Origin: Anthoceros angustus
Lineage: Eukaryota > Plantae > Anthocerotophyta
Length of the DNA: 64,000 nt
Reading direction: 5' to 3'
Assembly (NCBI GenBank): GCA_010909165.1
Contig: MU008235.1
Span: forward strand, 8,007 to 72,006
Below are positions 61,301-64,000 of this stretch, one piece after another (position 1 is the stretch's first letter; each line of letters opens with the position of its first letter). The notes under the pieces are model-generated. The model ran no database searches. It worked only from the letters and a program-made list of their open reading frames with translations, and was not told where the DNA came from. The position numbers and the translations under genes are program-made.

Positions 61301-64000
61301 GGATCCTCCTCCTCCTCCTCCTCCTCCACAATCCTGTGCCTCCCATCTTGCCCTCGGTTTCTTGGCTTTCACTACCAAGCGGCCCTTTCCTAATCTTGTT
61401 TGCCATGCATGGCCTCCCTTTCCCCTTCTTCACATTTCCCCACCGTGTGGGCCTCGCCTCGCACCCTCCTGCGATCCGAAACAGCCCCTCGAAGACCAGA
61501 ACCATCACGTGCACTGTGATAATATCCCAGAGGTCATCCCGCTCATCGCCTCTTCAAGTTCTCCTCCTCCTCTTCCACCTTGACATCCTCCAGCTAGCAT
61601 CTTCGCCCTCCCAGGTATGGTAGAATGCCATCCGCAGCCCTAGTGTCCTCGCCCCGGACGCCCTCCTCACCCGACCGTATCACTACCTTCGTAAAAATGC
61701 AAGTGGCTCACCAAGTCTCGCCGGCCATGTGAAACCATGGACGCCCGGTCGCAGGAAGTATCATGGACACCGCAGTTTGGCCATCGATGGAAACCGAGGC
61801 GTGGCCTGGATCACCATCGATGGGCATTGAAGAAGCATTGTTGGATGCCTCCGCCACCGTATCGGGTTGCTTCCCAAGCAGCCGTTGGGTTATGCAATTT
61901 GCATTGTTGGGTTGGTCCCTATAGATGCCTCTCGGAGACAGAGACAACTTGCTTCCTCACGGATGCACTATTGGGTTCCTTTCCGAGAAATGCAATGCTT
62001 GGTTGCTTCCCGACAGATGCATTGACGGGACCCAGGCCGTTGAGGAACCCTGCCCCTGCATCCACTCTTACTCGGCAAGATCGACCTTGGGTTCACTCCT
62101 CGACCCTGCATGCGAACCAACAGTTTGCCCGATTCCTTCTAAGCAAATTTGGTGCAACACTTTGTGGAACACTTTGTGTCCATCATTGTTACGCAACTCC
62201 TGCAACAATTCCTCTCGGACACTTTCCGGTTGGCAAGCCACGGTGTCAAAAGTCCGGATCGCAGCTAAGTATACTCGGATGGCCTTGGGGTCAGGCTTGA
62301 GAAGCTGTCTGGTCTTCAGAGTGCACAGGAAAATTACATACCCTTGGTCATCCTTCTCCACAAACTGCGTGGTCCAGGAACATCTTTCTGATCATGTCGA
62401 TTTCTGCCTGCTTGTATGGACTTTGGAATGATGTTCTGGTCGGTGATGAGGTAGTGTGTCGTGGGGTCAAAGTTGTCGAGCTCTGGGTCTTGGAGATCTT
62501 CGGGTCCGGACTCATCACAATGTCCACGGGCCTTCAATCGCCTTCCGCCTGCGTGCTTTCTTCTTAGCCCAGCGCCGTCTGCCAAGACACCTTTACTCCG
62601 GCTTCGGTCCGAGGTGCCATCTCGCAAAACATACCAAGTAGCAATGAGGCATCAAGCACTACAGATTATTGACTGCAAGTATCACGCGTCATCAGCCCAC
62701 CTTGATATCCTCCTCTTGAATCACCTAACAACCGCAAGGAGTGAAGGCGGCTGATGATCCTGAGACCATCGACTCCTCGAGCGATGAAAACCTCGGTGTA
62801 GTGGTTGAATACCACGGTTACCAAAATACTTCCGAGTGAACCTTTGGTGCCCGCTATATGCATCTCCTCGCCTTATTTTCGCGCCAAAATCTGCCTTTCC
62901 CGTGCAATCTACGATGGATGGATGGCCTGGTGTCACAGCCGCGGACCAGCGGAGACGATCTCCACCGGCAGCAACAACCGCCAAATGTGCTCGAATCGCA
63001 AAATCGGGTTGAGGCATCACGGCCGCAACCGTTCCGCTTTGCCAGATCAGCGACACAACTGGCTAAACAAAGAATAAAGCATATTTTATGGAATATGCCT
63101 AGTTTTGCCGCCTACCAGAACACATTTTGCCTTGTGCATAACCTCTGGCTCCTCGATTCTCGCATAACTCACGTGAAGCAAGGCATTTTGATCCTCATTG
63201 ACGGTGACATGTTTAGTTTTGTTTGCGCAAAGTAGCTTCTAAATCGAGTCCTAGTTATTCCGCCTCCAAAGTTCTCTCGTAATACGAAGCTCCTCTTTGT
63301 AGCCCTTGGTCACATTGTCCCATCCTTGTCGTTCTTTCTCCAAGCCGCCGTCATATTTTCCCTTGTAATGCTCCTTCCGCTGCTCCATGGCAACTAACTT
63401 CTCAGGAGGTCCTTCTCGCCTTCAAGGTCCCACTGGCCTTGCTAGCCGCAGATGCCGCCTCCTGTCTGCTCGATGCCTCCTACCCTTGCTAAGGTAGCTT
63501 CCAACTTTTCGCCTCCTTCCCGGCGCCAACTCTTCAGCCCTCTTGGCGATTTTGCCTCCCGCCTAAGACTGGTCAATCATTTCCACACATTCACCAACTC
63601 ATCCGCGCCTTTTGGCCGGATCTAGCACGGAGTGTTGCTTCAGGTGGTTTTGAGCTCCTCTCAATTTCTTCTCGTCCTCAGGGTCTCAAGTTCAAGACGA
63701 ACTCGGCCACCTCTCGACATGCCCACTAGGGCGTCCATAGAAGCGGCCTGACGCTCCGCGACGGAAAGAACGCAGGCGGCCGGGCACGTTCCGCCGCGCC
63801 TTGCTTTGTGGGATGATCGTCTTGGCGAGGAGGCGTGCAACCCGTCTTTCGGGAAGGGCACGATCATGGCGAAGGCGGCAGACCGGCTGGCCGAAGCGCG
63901 CGCGCGCTTTACGGGCGCATGATGATGGCTGCCAGCGGCTCGGCCGATCCGCGCATAGGTGAGGTCTTCGAGACGTTGCATCGCGAAAATTTCCTGCCGC
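58300..64000 (-). mobile_element. Degenerate retroelement-derived sequence (possible gag and leader of the minus-strand gypsy)
   Basis: Broken charged frames continuous with the integrase, with weak gag-like segments at 60900-62700. No diagnostic intact domain was recognised. Confidence 0.35.

Overview
Eukaryotic plant nuclear DNA. The short introns (about 70-190 nt, one of 375 nt), tightly packed genes and plant TE families suggest a compact non-seed plant genome such as a hornwort or Selaginella; this is inference only. Six spliced host genes could be reconstructed with frame-consistent exon chains: a C2-domain protein with a long Pro/Gly/Tyr and HKEGKDK-repeat tail (-), a secreted thioredoxin-like/DUF179 protein (+), a short elicitor-responsive-type C2 protein (+), chloroplast lumenal FKBP13 (+), a conserved Lys/Arg/Ser-rich nuclear-type protein (-), and a VAP/MSP-domain protein (+). 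The first five form an 11.4-kb gene island (27.7-39.1 kb). Most of the rest is nested, non-intact transposons: PIF/Harbinger, CACTA, three Ty1/copia pieces, a two-LTR chromovirus, two tail-to-tail Athila/Tat-like gypsy remnants, three copies of one LTR family and CRE-like restriction-endonuclease LINE fragments. Several minisatellites are also present. There are no rRNA, tRNA or CRISPR features. The most notable observations: only 121 nt separate the second C2 gene from FKBP13; the C2 protein has an unusual repeat tail; TE indels cluster at CAG/CTG, possibly a methylation-driven long-read basecalling footprint; a GTTGCTA-N3-TAGCAAC palindrome is shared between LTR families; CRE-like LINEs occur in a plant; and a 42-bp repeat reads as a 14-aa repeat. 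Coordinates of degenerate TEs are approximate.
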